Of a DNA stretch of 64,000 nucleotides, positions 9,359 to 20,174 are shown piece after piece. Made by a program: the position numbers and the translations under genes. This DNA comes from a virus (taxonomy: Duplodnaviria > Heunggongvirae > Uroviricota > Caudoviricetes), in the IMG/VR virus record IMGVR_UViG_3300042256_000013, positions 192,001 through 256,000 of that record; one strand, given 5' to 3'. How positions within the stretch are numbered: position 1 is the first letter of the stretch; each line of letters starts with the position of its first letter. The notes below the pieces were generated by a model. That model searched no databases and was not told the DNA's origin. It saw only the letters and a program-made list of their open reading frames with translations.

Positions 9359-10939
9359 TTATAGTTTAGTTACAGTTTGCCAGATTCCACTAACAAGCTT
9401 TTGTAATGGTGCAGATAGTAATACTTGGTTTGAATCGCTTGCAAAACCACCACCAACCATAACATTACCATCAGGTACAGAGAATACACCCTCACCGTGA
9501 CGTTCATTAAGTGTAGCACCTAATCTAACATCTTGTACAGCCCCAACTACTAACGTTACATTACCGTTAGAATCTGCTAATGTATTGTTTACTGAACGGA
9601 CAATGTTTCTTCCAGCTACAGTAGCACTAGTACCAGATACTGATAATCCAACACTGGTTAATATACCTGCACTGGTTACAGTAACTTCTGGACCGCCTGC
9701 CGCACGTAATCTTAATGTATTATTTGTTGAATTATGATATATAGCGGCACGTTCTCCGCCGGAACCATCTCTAAACCATAGTAATAAGTTAGTATCATTT
9801 GCTTGAATTGTAGCACTGTTAGCAATTGTCAATGAACCGGACATTACATCACCCGATTTTAATACATAACGAGCATCACCAGCACTTTGATTTAATGCAA
9901 GGCTTGGTTCTGCAATATTATATAAAAAGGCTACATTAAAATGATTAACATCAATTCCAGATAATGTATGAGTATGTGTTGTTGTATTACCATTAGGATA
10001 AATTGGATAAGTAGTACTTAAAGCTGTTCTTGAATCTGATCCATTTACAGAAGAAGTTCTTCTTGATTGTATATTACCAGATATTTGAACTCCTTGATAA
10101 GAAATTCCGTCATTCCAAGTTTTTCCACTTATGAATATACCATCATCACCTTCACTACCAGATAGACCTAACATCATACCAGTACCATGATAATGCAAAG
10201 GCATATCTATGCTGGTTGAATTGATGCTACCTGAACCAGTAATAACTGCATCAATTTTTGTTACTCCGCTGGTAGTTATGCTTTTTAAATAAGCTTCCTG
10301 ATTCAAATTAGGAACTATTTTAGTTACAGGAGTAGTCCCATTCCATGTCCACCATAAACCATCAGCAAAACACCATCCAGTTTTTGTAACATATGGATTG
10401 GCTTGAGTACCATTTCTTCCGGTTTGACCACCAGTTACTCCACTCAATTGTTCACGAATACTGGCAACCGATTGTCCAGACATTAAAGCATATTGCATTA
10501 TACTACCTGGAGGTGATGAAGTAAACAACCCCGGAATAGCAGGATCTACCCCACCAGAATCACTAGGAAATATAATATTCAAATTAGTTCCGCTTATACT
10601 TGCACTTGCAATAGTATTTGAACTATATGTTACTGTACTTACACGTTCATCTAATTGGTTATAAATGTCAGTCAATGAAATATTAACTGGAGCTAAAATA
10701 TCTGCTTGAGATAGTAATTCTATCCATGAAATTCCATCATGATATTTTAATGTTTTTGAAGTAGTATCGAAAACTACTGCACCAGCCTCACCGATTGGAA
10801 GAATCTTATTAGGAAAAACTACTGATGAAGCATTAAGTCTTAAAGGACGTGGAACTGTCGGGGTTCCACCTTCAACAACAAAACTAGCTGTATCAGTACT
10901 CGTCATAGTGTTACTGGCGTGATTAAATCTTATACTCAT
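9359..10939 (-). CDS. tail fibre protein
   Basis: HYHG/HTHT motifs, YVLKSGDVMSGSL repeat, and a C-terminal VRLG...PLQKLVSGIWQTV fibre tip. Confidence 0.75.
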   Translation of the reverse strand: MSIRFNHASNTMTSTDTASFVVEGGTPTVPRPLRLNASSVVFPNKILPIGEAGAVVFDTTSKTLKYHDGISWIELLSQADILAPVNISLTDIYNQLDERVSTVTYSSNTIASASISGTNLNIIFPSDSGGVDPAIPGLFTSSPPGSIMQYALMSGQSVASIREQLSGVTGGQTGRNGTQANPYVTKTGWCFADGLWWTWNGTTPVTKIVPNLNQEAYLKSITTSGVTKIDAVITGSGSINSTSIDMPLHYHGTGMMLGLSGSEGDDGIFISGKTWNDGISYQGVQISGNIQSRRTSSVNGSDSRTALSTTYPIYPNGNTTTHTHTLSGIDVNHFNVAFLYNIAEPSLALNQSAGDARYVLKSGDVMSGSLTIANSATIQANDTNLLLWFRDGSGGERAAIYHNSTNNTLRLRAAGGPEVTVTSAGILTSVGLSVSGTSATVAGRNIVRSVNNTLADSNGNVTLVVGAVQDVRLGATLNERHGEGVFSVPDGNVMVGGGFASDSNQVLLSAPLQKLVSGIWQTVTKL

Positions 10940-10981
10940 ATAAATCAGTCCTCACGTTTATATTATAGAGATATTTATGAA

Positions 10982-11293
10982 TTATTCTTGAGCTTCATCA
11001 AGATCATCCTTAACACCATCTATCATATTAGCAGCAAGCTTCTTAGGCATCTTATACCACTCTTTACCAGTACCTTGTTTTGCATTCATCTGCTTCAATC
11101 GTTTATTAACTTCTTTTTCGGCAGCTTTAGCATCTTCAAATTGTACTTCATGATAGACTTCATAATCTCTAAATGGAGAACCAGTCTGATAAGTACTTAA
11201 TCGTGTCTTCATTTCTTCTTTTGATGTAAATCCAATCTTAACCCATTCAGGCCATGCTTGATTCACTATTACGTAACAGATTTGATTTGCCAT
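10982..11293 (-). CDS. T5orf172/GIY-YIG-family protein
   Basis: CYVI...VKIGFT...RL..YQTGSP...E...L...EWY pattern. Confidence 0.75.
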   Translation of the reverse strand: MANQICYVIVNQAWPEWVKIGFTSKEEMKTRLSTYQTGSPFRDYEVYHEVQFEDAKAAEKEVNKRLKQMNAKQGTGKEWYKMPKKLAANMIDGVKDDLDEAQE

Positions 11294-11322
11294 GTTGGTT
11301 CCCCTCTAATTTAGTGGGGTAT

Positions 11323-11751
11323 TTATCCACGCAGAATCTGTACTTTTACACCATGATTATTTAAATTTTGTAGTACTGGATTCGAATTCAACATTTCTCG
11401 TACAGGTACGGGAGTGTTAATCTCATTTACTTGAGATGAACCAAAAGTTATTCCAGGTGCATCGTTCAACATAGGAGCACCTGGATTATCACGAGCAAGT
11501 TTACCTTGATAGTACTGAATATATTGTTCATATGTCATTTCTTGAATATCTGAACTCATAACGTCATTGACATAACGGTTCATATCGTAGTATACTGTTT
11601 CAAACCCACAACAAAGTACTCCTAAATCCTCAATGTATCCAACCATTTTGTATTCTTGGAATAATACTTCAAATCTACTGTACACACTACGATGATATTC
11701 TTGTTTAGTGTTAAGATACACTACGACTATTGAATCTGGCTTAATGATCAT
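11323..11751 (-). CDS. hypothetical protein
   Basis: GGAG RBS before the ATG at 11751. The track's longer start overlaps the promoter. Confidence 0.65.
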   Translation of the reverse strand: MIIKPDSIVVVYLNTKQEYHRSVYSRFEVLFQEYKMVGYIEDLGVLCCGFETVYYDMNRYVNDVMSSDIQEMTYEQYIQYYQGKLARDNPGAPMLNDAPGITFGSSQVNEINTPVPVREMLNSNPVLQNLNNHGVKVQILRG

Positions 11752-11766
11752 ATTATTGTCTCCATG

Positions 11767-11795
11767 ATTATAGCACAAAATGTGCCATCGTTTCA
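11767..11795 (-). promoter_or_regulatory. TGAAAC-N17-TATAAT promoter
   Basis: gtttca 11790-11795, attata 11767-11772. Confidence 0.7.
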
Positions 11796-11831
11796 CCATA
11801 ATGCTATTTACTTTCTAACTTTCAGAAACGC

Positions 11832-11859
11832 AAAAAGGACGCATAAGCGTCCTTTTTTT
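11832..11859 (-). terminator. intrinsic terminator after major capsid gene
   Basis: ggacgc-ataa-gcgtcc flanked by A5 and T7. Confidence 0.85.
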
Positions 11860-11901
11860 GTTTTAAACATCAGATTTATTTAAATCTAAATGGTCACTTC
11901 A

Positions 11902-13077
11902 TTACATGAAGGTTACGTTGCGGATTGCAATTTTGCTGTAGTAGTCAGCAGCGTTACCAAGAGATGAAGTACTGTCAGTTAGTTGTACATAGCCATAACG
12001 AGTTAGGAAGCTAGTTACTAGTTCACCAGTGTTAGGGTCCATTACAGTACCAGATGCCATCAATGGGATGTATGGGCAGTAGAATGCACCAGCATCAGTT
12101 TCTTGAGAACCTTTGTAACCGATTAGTACATCAGTACTGTCATCAGCATAGGTATCTACATAAACACGCATTGTGGAGTTTAGTACACCAACGAATTTAA
12201 CGTTAGTTGGAGCTTCGAATACACCTTCAGTAGTACGAGCAAAACTAGAAGTAGTTGCAGACTGAAGAATAGTTAGAGCAGTTGGAGAAACAACGGCCCA
12301 GTTTGCAGCACCACGTTTAGTACGGCGAGCAACTTCGTTAGCTTGACGGTTGATTAGGGTAGCTAGAGCAGCATGTTCATCACCAACGAATGTAGCAACA
12401 CCAGTTACTTTAGATTGGTCATAAACAACAGCAGCAGCACCTGGTAGAGCACGTAGACGAGCCAATAGTTCTTGGTCGATCTCAGTAGTGATTTCTTGTG
12501 CGATTGCAGCCATTAGTTCAGCTTCAACGTCAATGCCGTGTTGTGCTTGTGCATCTTGTGCAGATTCAACAGTCCAACGAGCAGATAGACGACGAGATTG
12601 AGCTTCTACGGTTTCACGTAGAATACGGATGTTTACGCGACGACCCATAACACCTTCTAGTTGAGAAGTAGGTGCAGCACGTGGTGCAGTGTTATCAGAG
12701 TTGATTTCACCAGTATAAGATTTTGCAATCTTGTATGGAGAAAGTGCTTCTTCACCAGCAACAACGCCTGGAGCATTATCAGCATATTGTACACGTAGAG
12801 TGTGGATTTGACCAACTGGACCAGTCATTGGTTGAACACCAATAATTTCGTTAGCAATAACGGTTGGCATAACACGACGGATAATTGGTAGAATTACTTT
12901 GTTTAGTGTTGCAATGTTACCAGCAGAAGTTGCACCAGCGGTAGCAGATTCGCGTAGCATTACTTTACGTTGGTTATCAAGAACTGCTTCCATAACAGTT
13001 TTACGATTACCATTTAGACCTTCAACAAGCTTATCTTTTACAGCAGCCCATTTAGATTCAGTTAATAGTTGTGACAT
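11902..13077 (-). CDS. gp23: major capsid protein (gp23-like)
   Basis: IRRVMP...GVQPMTGPVGQI, SRRLSARWTVE.AQD, EIT.EIDQE, FYCPYIPL and TRYG motifs. Start MSQLL with AAGGAG RBS. Confidence 0.95.
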   Translation of the reverse strand: MSQLLTESKWAAVKDKLVEGLNGNRKTVMEAVLDNQRKVMLRESATAGATSAGNIATLNKVILPIIRRVMPTVIANEIIGVQPMTGPVGQIHTLRVQYADNAPGVVAGEEALSPYKIAKSYTGEINSDNTAPRAAPTSQLEGVMGRRVNIRILRETVEAQSRRLSARWTVESAQDAQAQHGIDVEAELMAAIAQEITTEIDQELLARLRALPGAAAVVYDQSKVTGVATFVGDEHAALATLINRQANEVARRTKRGAANWAVVSPTALTILQSATTSSFARTTEGVFEAPTNVKFVGVLNSTMRVYVDTYADDSTDVLIGYKGSQETDAGAFYCPYIPLMASGTVMDPNTGELVTSFLTRYGYVQLTDSTSSLGNAADYYSKIAIRNVTFM

Positions 13078-13154
13078 TATAATCTCCTTAAAAGATATTT
13101 TTTTGCTTTTCTGTATGCTTTTATTTATCACTCAGAAAAATTAGCATTTAATAA

Positions 13155-14279
13155 TTAACGTTTTTTATCCATTCCTGATAATTTTGTAATTTCGTTTAGG
13201 AAATCCAAGTCATCAGACGATAATTCTTCGTTTTTAATGAAATTACTTTCACGGTTTCCGGTAATAACCTTACTTTCCGTTAAAGCATTTTTAGCCTTTG
13301 TATTAACTGCTGGACGGCTATGATTAGCAGCAGATTCATTTACAGTACCTTTCAGTACGGACTTGTGGTACTTACTGAAATCATCTTTTAGTTTATCAGT
13401 AGGTGTTACTGCTAATAGAGATTCCATAATTTGTTTTTGTTGATTAGTAAGAGGTTTTGTTAGTTCAGCAATGATAGCAGTACGAGCCTGAGTATCTTCC
13501 ATAATACTAACTTGACGTTTAGCAGCAGCAGCTTGTTCTTTAGCTTCTTTTAGAGCTACTTTAGCAGCAATTGCTTCTTCTTCAGCTTCTTTTACTGATT
13601 CATTCAACTCACGTAGAATAGAACTTTCGTTATATTGTTTTGAGTAGAATTCATTAGCAAACGCTTCAAAAATCTTACGACCAAACATGTTTTGTTTAGC
13701 TTCAACTAGTTCACCTTTAAGAGCTTGTAAGTTCTTAGCGGTAGTTTCGGTAATATAAGATGCAGCAGATTCAGCAGTACGTTTAATGAAATTCTGACGA
13801 GCTTCATTAATTTGTTTTGCACCTTCTGCAATTAGTTTTACACGAGTTTCGACTAATTGACGTTTTTCATCATGGAAATCTTTAAGTTCTTCAGCCATAA
13901 TATGGTTACTGAATTGCATGAACTTGCCAAGACTTTCATTGATGTGTTTGCGTTCTTTACGCATTGATTTAACTTCTTCAGCTAATACTGTATTAGCGAA
14001 ATTAGAGAAATTACCTAGTGTTTTACGTAGCTTAACACGGTCTTCAACAAGTTTACGTTTTTCTGCATAAACATCTGACATTTGTTCGCTGATTACTTCA
14101 GCCATCATTTTGTCTAAACCTTCAGTTAATTTTGCTAAGTCTTCTTGGTAACGTTCTTTCATTTCTTCACGCATTTCAGCAGCTACATTAGCTTTTTCTT
14201 CATTCCATGCTTCCTGGATAAGCTTTTTAGCTTCGTCAGAAAGAGATGATTCGTTCAGAAACTGATCCAATTTTGACAT
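13155..14279 (-). CDS. gp22: prohead core scaffold protein (gp22-like)
   Basis: Coiled-coil, Glu/Lys-rich, located between protease and capsid genes. Confidence 0.8.
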   Translation of the reverse strand: MSKLDQFLNESSLSDEAKKLIQEAWNEEKANVAAEMREEMKERYQEDLAKLTEGLDKMMAEVISEQMSDVYAEKRKLVEDRVKLRKTLGNFSNFANTVLAEEVKSMRKERKHINESLGKFMQFSNHIMAEELKDFHDEKRQLVETRVKLIAEGAKQINEARQNFIKRTAESAASYITETTAKNLQALKGELVEAKQNMFGRKIFEAFANEFYSKQYNESSILRELNESVKEAEEEAIAAKVALKEAKEQAAAAKRQVSIMEDTQARTAIIAELTKPLTNQQKQIMESLLAVTPTDKLKDDFSKYHKSVLKGTVNESAANHSRPAVNTKAKNALTESKVITGNRESNFIKNEELSSDDLDFLNEITKLSGMDKKR

Positions 14280-14351
14280 TCGTTTTCTCCTTTAAAGTAC
14301 TGAGATAATATCTTGTACTCTTGATGTACAGATATTTATAAATTTATTTTA

Positions 14352-14984
14352 TTAAGCTTTTAAATTCTTAAAAAATTGATGAATTTCATCATCAATTGAG
14401 TTATTACGACCTTTTTGTGACTCAAATACACGATTTGTGCCAGCTACAGGTGCTCCGTACTTACTATTCAGAGATTCAAATACCGCTTTTGGATATGCAT
14501 CTGGAGCACTTGGTTGTGCTACAATATCAATAGTTACAATTTCGAAATCAGATACAATACCGTTATGGTCAACGTTGCCTGAACCACGAGAACTTACACC
14601 AAGCTTAACACCACTTTCAATCATAGTACGAATATCCTTACCATGAGTAGTATCAAGCAACATAATGGTAGCCATACCATTTGGTCCTTCCATCCAAACC
14701 TGAGTAATCATTCCAACTACACGGTCCAAATTTACAGTTAAAGTTTCAGGGTGATCACATTCACAAAGAATGCTTTCACCACGTGAAATACGTTCTGCCA
14801 TATTCTTAACAGCATTCGCAATTTCAGCGAATGGGTATACACGTTCATTTAAGTTACGTTGATCTGCTTGAATTGCTATCCCTTTAAGATAGCAATTCTT
14901 ACGACCAGTCATCTGATCTTCTTTGTACTCTAAAACTATTTTAGAATCATTGAATGAAGACCATTCACGAATCATATTACTCAT
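14352..14984 (-). CDS. gp21: prohead protease (gp21-like)
   Basis: N.NERVYP, ECDHP, LGVSSRGSG and DIVAQPSAPDA motifs. Confidence 0.93.
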   Translation of the reverse strand: MSNMIREWSSFNDSKIVLEYKEDQMTGRKNCYLKGIAIQADQRNLNERVYPFAEIANAVKNMAERISRGESILCECDHPETLTVNLDRVVGMITQVWMEGPNGMATIMLLDTTHGKDIRTMIESGVKLGVSSRGSGNVDHNGIVSDFEIVTIDIVAQPSAPDAYPKAVFESLNSKYGAPVAGTNRVFESQKGRNNSIDDEIHQFFKNLKA

Positions 14985-15004
14985 TTATGATCTTCCTTCT
15001 CTAA

Positions 15005-15856
15005 TTATTTTTGTTTTGGTAGTACTGACTTAGATTTTTCAGCAGTGTTGGTTGGAGTTTTAGCAGGTTTCATAACGTGTTTACCGTTATCCATAACGTT
15101 GTTATTATCTTCAACTTTAACGCTCATAGCATCTGAGTTATCGAATTTGTCATCAGTTGCATCTACAGAACCATCTTTAATAGTTACTGGTTTAACACCT
15201 TCTACTGGAGATTTAGCGTTTTTAGCAACTACAGATTTCTTGTTTACACCAGATTTTTCTGATTTTTCTGGTTCAGAAACTTTCTTCATTTGGAAAGATT
15301 CACCCATGTGTTCATCACCGAAATCAACATCACCGAATTCGTCACCCTGATCTTCTTCATCGCTGGAGAATTCATTATCACCAAAATCAGCATCACCACT
15401 TTCGATTTCATCGAACATACGTTCTAGAGCATCAAAAGCATCCTTGATTCCTTCCCATTGGTCAGCATCAGGAGCGGCACCGCCAGCTTCATGACCTTCA
15501 TCACCAAATTCCGAACCAGCATCATCAGAAGGATCTTCATCTTCTTCAGCTAGACCAGAAGCAGAACCACCACCGATGTTTACTGCGTTACCGCTAACAT
15601 CTGCACCGAACATTCCTTCTTCAAGGTCTTCTTCTTCATTTAGTTTATAACCAACGTCTTCTTCCATGTCGTCTGCTTCACCAGTATCAACATCTTCACA
15701 CATTTCTTCTTCTTCAGAATCCATTTCTTCAGAAAGATTCTTATTAATTTCTTGTGCGGTTTCAACAAAGTACTTACGCATTTTACGATCTGCTACTTCA
15801 CTGTCGCCATTAGCAAAAGCCTGGATAGCTTCTTGCAATAGTTTAATATTTGCCAT
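15005..15856 (-). CDS. acidic prohead core/internal protein
   Basis: Very Asp/Glu-rich with a Lys-rich tail, in the head cluster. GGAGG RBS before MANIK. Confidence 0.55.
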   Translation of the reverse strand: MANIKLLQEAIQAFANGDSEVADRKMRKYFVETAQEINKNLSEEMDSEEEEMCEDVDTGEADDMEEDVGYKLNEEEDLEEGMFGADVSGNAVNIGGGSASGLAEEDEDPSDDAGSEFGDEGHEAGGAAPDADQWEGIKDAFDALERMFDEIESGDADFGDNEFSSDEEDQGDEFGDVDFGDEHMGESFQMKKVSEPEKSEKSGVNKKSVVAKNAKSPVEGVKPVTIKDGSVDATDDKFDNSDAMSVKVEDNNNVMDNGKHVMKPAKTPTNTAEKSKSVLPKQK

Positions 15857-15963
15857 TATATCCTCCAAAAGATATACAAAAATTTATTTTGGTATGTCCT
15901 TATTTATAGCCTTAAAAAATACCATTTTAGAAAAAGCTCAAAAATGGTACTTTTTGCCATAAA

Positions 15964-16197
15964 TTACATCATCCCACCACCAGATTGATCATCAGAAGGT
16001 GCAGCGGCATAAACCACTGCTACTACTGCGTCTCTTTTAGCAGCTTCGTTCTTTTTAAATTCTCTGTACTTTCTCAAGTTGTTGAGAATTTGTAATGTCA
16101 ATTTAGGTTTACGAGTATCGGTAATTTTATATACGGTCTGATCATCTTCAGGGTCGTACATAGAATCATCTTTAGCTTCAAAAATTTCGTCCAACAT
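15964..16197 (-). CDS. small head-cluster protein
   Basis: 77-aa ORF between the portal and core genes. Confidence 0.6.
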   Translation of the reverse strand: MLDEIFEAKDDSMYDPEDDQTVYKITDTRKPKLTLQILNNLRKYREFKKNEAAKRDAVVAVVYAAAPSDDQSGGGMM

Positions 16198-16257
16198 AAC
16201 CTATATTCCTTAATTATTTAATCGTTCAAATGAACGAATCATAACTATTTATTACTG

Positions 16258-17994
16258 TTAAAATGAATTGCCTAAACTATTTGGGTCAAAACTACCACCT
16301 CCCTGAGAATCTTGATATTCTGAATCAGCACTATCTAAGTTACCTTCTTCATCTATACCTAAATCTTGTTCAGGATTATTAGGGGATTCAATACCTACTG
16401 ATTGTAATCCAGCATCTGCACCTGGTGCATCTGGACCACCTGCGGCTGCCGCTTCAGGATTTTCTTGTAGCCAAAGTTTTTCATTTTCTACAATATCATC
16501 TTGTTCAAAGCCCATTTTTTTCATAATGAACTGTTTAGAGAAGTATTTGAGATCATTCAATGGCATATATGTTTGAATTAATTTAGCATCCATTTCTGCT
16601 TTACGATTTGCCGCAAAGTTCATTGGTGGATTAAATGTTACTTCAAATGAAGATGCACTTACGTTATATCCATTCTTTAGCATATAACGTTTGAATTCAT
16701 CATCAAAAATTCTGGAAATAATACGTTGATAACGCATACATTCGTTATTAAAACGTAATTCACTTGCCATTGCTTGAGTAGCACCATCACCGAATAATGC
16801 AACACCACCATCATCTGGACCCATAGGTAGATATGATGCTGGAATTTGTAGACCACGAATCAATTTGTTATTGAAGTAACGCAAGTCGTCAATTTGTCCA
16901 AGATTATCACCACCAGGTAAAGTTTCTACTGAAGAACCTCGTCCTTCCGCTGTTTGAGGGAAGAAATAGTCCTCAAGAATACTTAATGGGTTATATGCTG
17001 CATCCATTAGCGAAGTACTGCCACCTTTATTTGATGGAATACGTCTCTGGTGAATATCATTCTTAACTCTTTCAACAAATGCCATTGCCTGATGCGGTTG
17101 CATGTCACCTACGTCAATTTTAAATACGCGGCGTTCAGGAGCACGTTGAACACGATAGATAATAATACTATCTTCAAGAAGTTCTTTTTGTTTATATACT
17201 TTGAAAATGTTTTCAAGAATACTTGTACCGAAAGGCCAGAAAGGATCTTGTCCAGTATTCAAAGATAAGTGGATAACATGTTCTGCTGCTACAGGAAGAA
17301 CATCTAACTGTCCACCAGTACCGAATTGTCCTGAACTATCAGAACCAGAACCACCAGCACTACCCAATGAACCATAATTATTACCTGAACTCGCTAATGA
17401 GTTAGGCATTGTTCCAGGATAAGCTTGTTTATCAAAACCTATTTGTAAATTGCTCATTACTTTATCATGTAAATTCAAATGAACATCACGCATAAAGTAA
17501 ACAATTGGGGTTTTACCAGTTGCATTGTTAACCAGTACTTTATCTACGTTCATTGGGTTCACCCAATACCAAACAAAGGTTTCTGGATCACGAATAAAGA
17601 ACTGATCACCGTATTTTAGAATTCCACGAATAATATCGTAGATTCTCATTTTAAATTCATTTAAATCAGACCAAGATTCAAGGCGATCTTCTAAAGTAGT
17701 GACTTCAGTATCACCCATAGTATCTTTGTACTGAATTTGGAATGGTAGACCGAAATCTTTAGTACTTTGAGTACAGAAATCCGCAATAATGTTTAAAGCG
17801 GTTCTAATTTCAGGGTCTTGATCCATTTGGTCGTATTGACGATAACGGTCAACACGGTTCGATAAGCCAGTATATACAGCAGGAAGGTAAGATGAGAAAT
17901 TCGTCTTTGACCCTCCTGGCTGTTCCATAGCATTTCGTTGAGGAACGGTCGATAATTTAGAACGTCCTAATGTCATATGTTGTTGCCAACTCAT
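16258..17994 (-). CDS. gp20: portal protein (gp20-like)
   Basis: LLEDSIIIYRVQRAPERRVFKIDVG, EDYFFP...GRGSSVETLPGG and DDLRYF motifs. Confidence 0.95.
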   Translation of the reverse strand: MSWQQHMTLGRSKLSTVPQRNAMEQPGGSKTNFSSYLPAVYTGLSNRVDRYRQYDQMDQDPEIRTALNIIADFCTQSTKDFGLPFQIQYKDTMGDTEVTTLEDRLESWSDLNEFKMRIYDIIRGILKYGDQFFIRDPETFVWYWVNPMNVDKVLVNNATGKTPIVYFMRDVHLNLHDKVMSNLQIGFDKQAYPGTMPNSLASSGNNYGSLGSAGGSGSDSSGQFGTGGQLDVLPVAAEHVIHLSLNTGQDPFWPFGTSILENIFKVYKQKELLEDSIIIYRVQRAPERRVFKIDVGDMQPHQAMAFVERVKNDIHQRRIPSNKGGSTSLMDAAYNPLSILEDYFFPQTAEGRGSSVETLPGGDNLGQIDDLRYFNNKLIRGLQIPASYLPMGPDDGGVALFGDGATQAMASELRFNNECMRYQRIISRIFDDEFKRYMLKNGYNVSASSFEVTFNPPMNFAANRKAEMDAKLIQTYMPLNDLKYFSKQFIMKKMGFEQDDIVENEKLWLQENPEAAAAGGPDAPGADAGLQSVGIESPNNPEQDLGIDEEGNLDSADSEYQDSQGGGSFDPNSLGNSF

Positions 17995-18011
17995 ATTTTA
18001 TATAACTCCAT

Positions 18012-20174
18012 TTATACATTTCGAGGTGGTTCAGTATTTTCAGCAATCTGACGCAATATCAGAGCAGTTTGTCCTGCATTTGAATTTTGAGACTGTATAC
18101 TATTTAGTATCTCATTTAATACCTTATTCATGTCTTCTTGACCATTTGAAGCTGTTTGTTGTTCAACTAATGGTGAAGATTGATCAGCCTGTTCAATTTT
18201 TACAGGTTTAGTAATTTCAGTTTTTGCTGTTACTGTTTGATTACCTACATTTGTTGGTTGTGATGCAGTAGGCGGTACTGGTGGTAATGGTTTTGGTGGT
18301 TCAGTTGTAGTTTCTTCAGGTTCTTCAGAATCACTCCACCATCCTTTTACTCTATCCCACATACTTGATAACTTGCTTTTTAATGAATCGAACGCATCTA
18401 AGAATTTAGTTTTTACATCATCAACATTAATGCTCAAATTTGCTATATTAGTGAATACACCGATAACATCAGAAAATACTTTCTTAATTGAACCCATCAT
18501 TTCTTTACCAGCTTGGTCTATATCACCTTCTGAACCAGTAAACATAGTCCAAATTAATTTACCAATTCTAATTGGTATTTGAACTACGTCTCCAACTAAT
18601 TTAGTAAATGCTTCAGATACAGCATTCCATGAATCACCGAAAATCATTTCCATTATCATTCCAGGAATTTCAAGTATTTTACTTACCATACCAATATTTG
18701 CTAAATTAACTTTTGTAAGTCCATCAGAAAATAGTTTAGAAGCAAAATCCCATGCATCAGTACTGTTATCTGCTAAATTCATTAGATATGTAGCTGCCGA
18801 TTCAGCAGTCTTAGCATAAAAAGTATTAAATGGTTCAGTAAATGTTTTACCAATCCAGTTATTAAATCTTTGAGTCATATTTTCAAAGATAGGTGTTGGA
18901 TTATTTTTTGGATCATTCAGTAATTGGTCTTGAGTCTTTAATTGTTTCAAGAAAGCTGCCGCTGCTGAGTTACGAAGCAACTGTTGATTACCAATTTCTG
19001 AATCTAACATTCCTTGGTGTTCTTGAATCCATTGATGCATACGTTGTTTAGCTTCTTTAGAATCAGTTATACCAGCAGCATGTAATGCTTCCACTTGTTG
19101 AGCAAATAATTGTGTAAAGTTGTTATTAAATTCTTCTGGTAATGCACCTTCAAACATTTTACTGGACATAATCTTTTGTAAAGATTCACCAGATTTACCC
19201 ATACTGGCATAAACTGAATTGAATGTTTTGTTAACTTGAGCAGCCTTGTCATCACTAAAACCAAAACGATTTTTTAACGCTTGTTCAGTAACTTCAGAAT
19301 CTACAGTATCTGACATTCCATCAAATGTTTTTAATAAATCATCAACACTCTTACCTACAGCTTTACTTAAGTATGTCATAGACCCAACGAACTTTTCAGT
19401 ACTTTGAGCTTCAGACATGCTACGCAATCCTTGTTCACCAGCATACATTTTTTCAAATTTATAGTTCTTTGCGGTAATATCAGCTAATTGCTGTTGTGAT
19501 ACACCGTAAAGACCCATTTTATCTTGTGCAAGTTGAACGGTATTTAGTAATTTACCAAAGTGTTCTACACCATCGCCGTACTGACCTTCCATAGCAGCCA
19601 ATTCTTGACTATTACGTTTAATTGCTCCGCTAAAATCATTAATACTCATGAAAGCACCAGCGGCACCTTTACGAACAGTGAGCATACCATCTGATAATGT
19701 AAGACCTGCTGAATTTAATTCATTATACATGTTCAATTGTTCGTTCATGTATTCATAAACCATTCCGGCAACTTGAACTACTTGTAAAAATGCAGTAGCA
19801 GCCATTCCAATTGGACCAGGTAGTTTTCCTAATGAGTTTTGTAGTACTTTAGCTCCAGTAGTAAATGAGCTAACAGTGTTTTGTATAGATCCACTATTAC
19901 CTAACATTGTTTTACCAATGTTCTTTGCTTCTCCGAATAAATCTTTAAATGCGTTCTTAAAAGCTCCACCTGAACTGCCAGAACCACCTGGCCCCGGTCC
20001 ACCATTGCCAGAATCATTATTACCACCGCCAGAACCACCTGAACCAGAACCTTTATTTGTGTTCTTCTTAATATCAAGTAGTACTGAACGCATCGCACTT
20101 AAATTATCATTCATAGCGGTACTTTGATCCAACAATTGCTGTTGAATATAGTCGTTGTTGCCAATGCCAGCCAT
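18012..20174 (-). CDS. putative tape measure / baseplate hub protein
   Basis: 720 aa, helical Ala/Gly-rich with Trp-spaced repeats. Divergent from the gp26-like gene. Confidence 0.55.
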   Translation of the reverse strand: MAGIGNNDYIQQQLLDQSTAMNDNLSAMRSVLLDIKKNTNKGSGSGGSGGGNNDSGNGGPGPGGSGSSGGAFKNAFKDLFGEAKNIGKTMLGNSGSIQNTVSSFTTGAKVLQNSLGKLPGPIGMAATAFLQVVQVAGMVYEYMNEQLNMYNELNSAGLTLSDGMLTVRKGAAGAFMSINDFSGAIKRNSQELAAMEGQYGDGVEHFGKLLNTVQLAQDKMGLYGVSQQQLADITAKNYKFEKMYAGEQGLRSMSEAQSTEKFVGSMTYLSKAVGKSVDDLLKTFDGMSDTVDSEVTEQALKNRFGFSDDKAAQVNKTFNSVYASMGKSGESLQKIMSSKMFEGALPEEFNNNFTQLFAQQVEALHAAGITDSKEAKQRMHQWIQEHQGMLDSEIGNQQLLRNSAAAAFLKQLKTQDQLLNDPKNNPTPIFENMTQRFNNWIGKTFTEPFNTFYAKTAESAATYLMNLADNSTDAWDFASKLFSDGLTKVNLANIGMVSKILEIPGMIMEMIFGDSWNAVSEAFTKLVGDVVQIPIRIGKLIWTMFTGSEGDIDQAGKEMMGSIKKVFSDVIGVFTNIANLSINVDDVKTKFLDAFDSLKSKLSSMWDRVKGWWSDSEEPEETTTEPPKPLPPVPPTASQPTNVGNQTVTAKTEITKPVKIEQADQSSPLVEQQTASNGQEDMNKVLNEILNSIQSQNSNAGQTALILRQIAENTEPPRNV

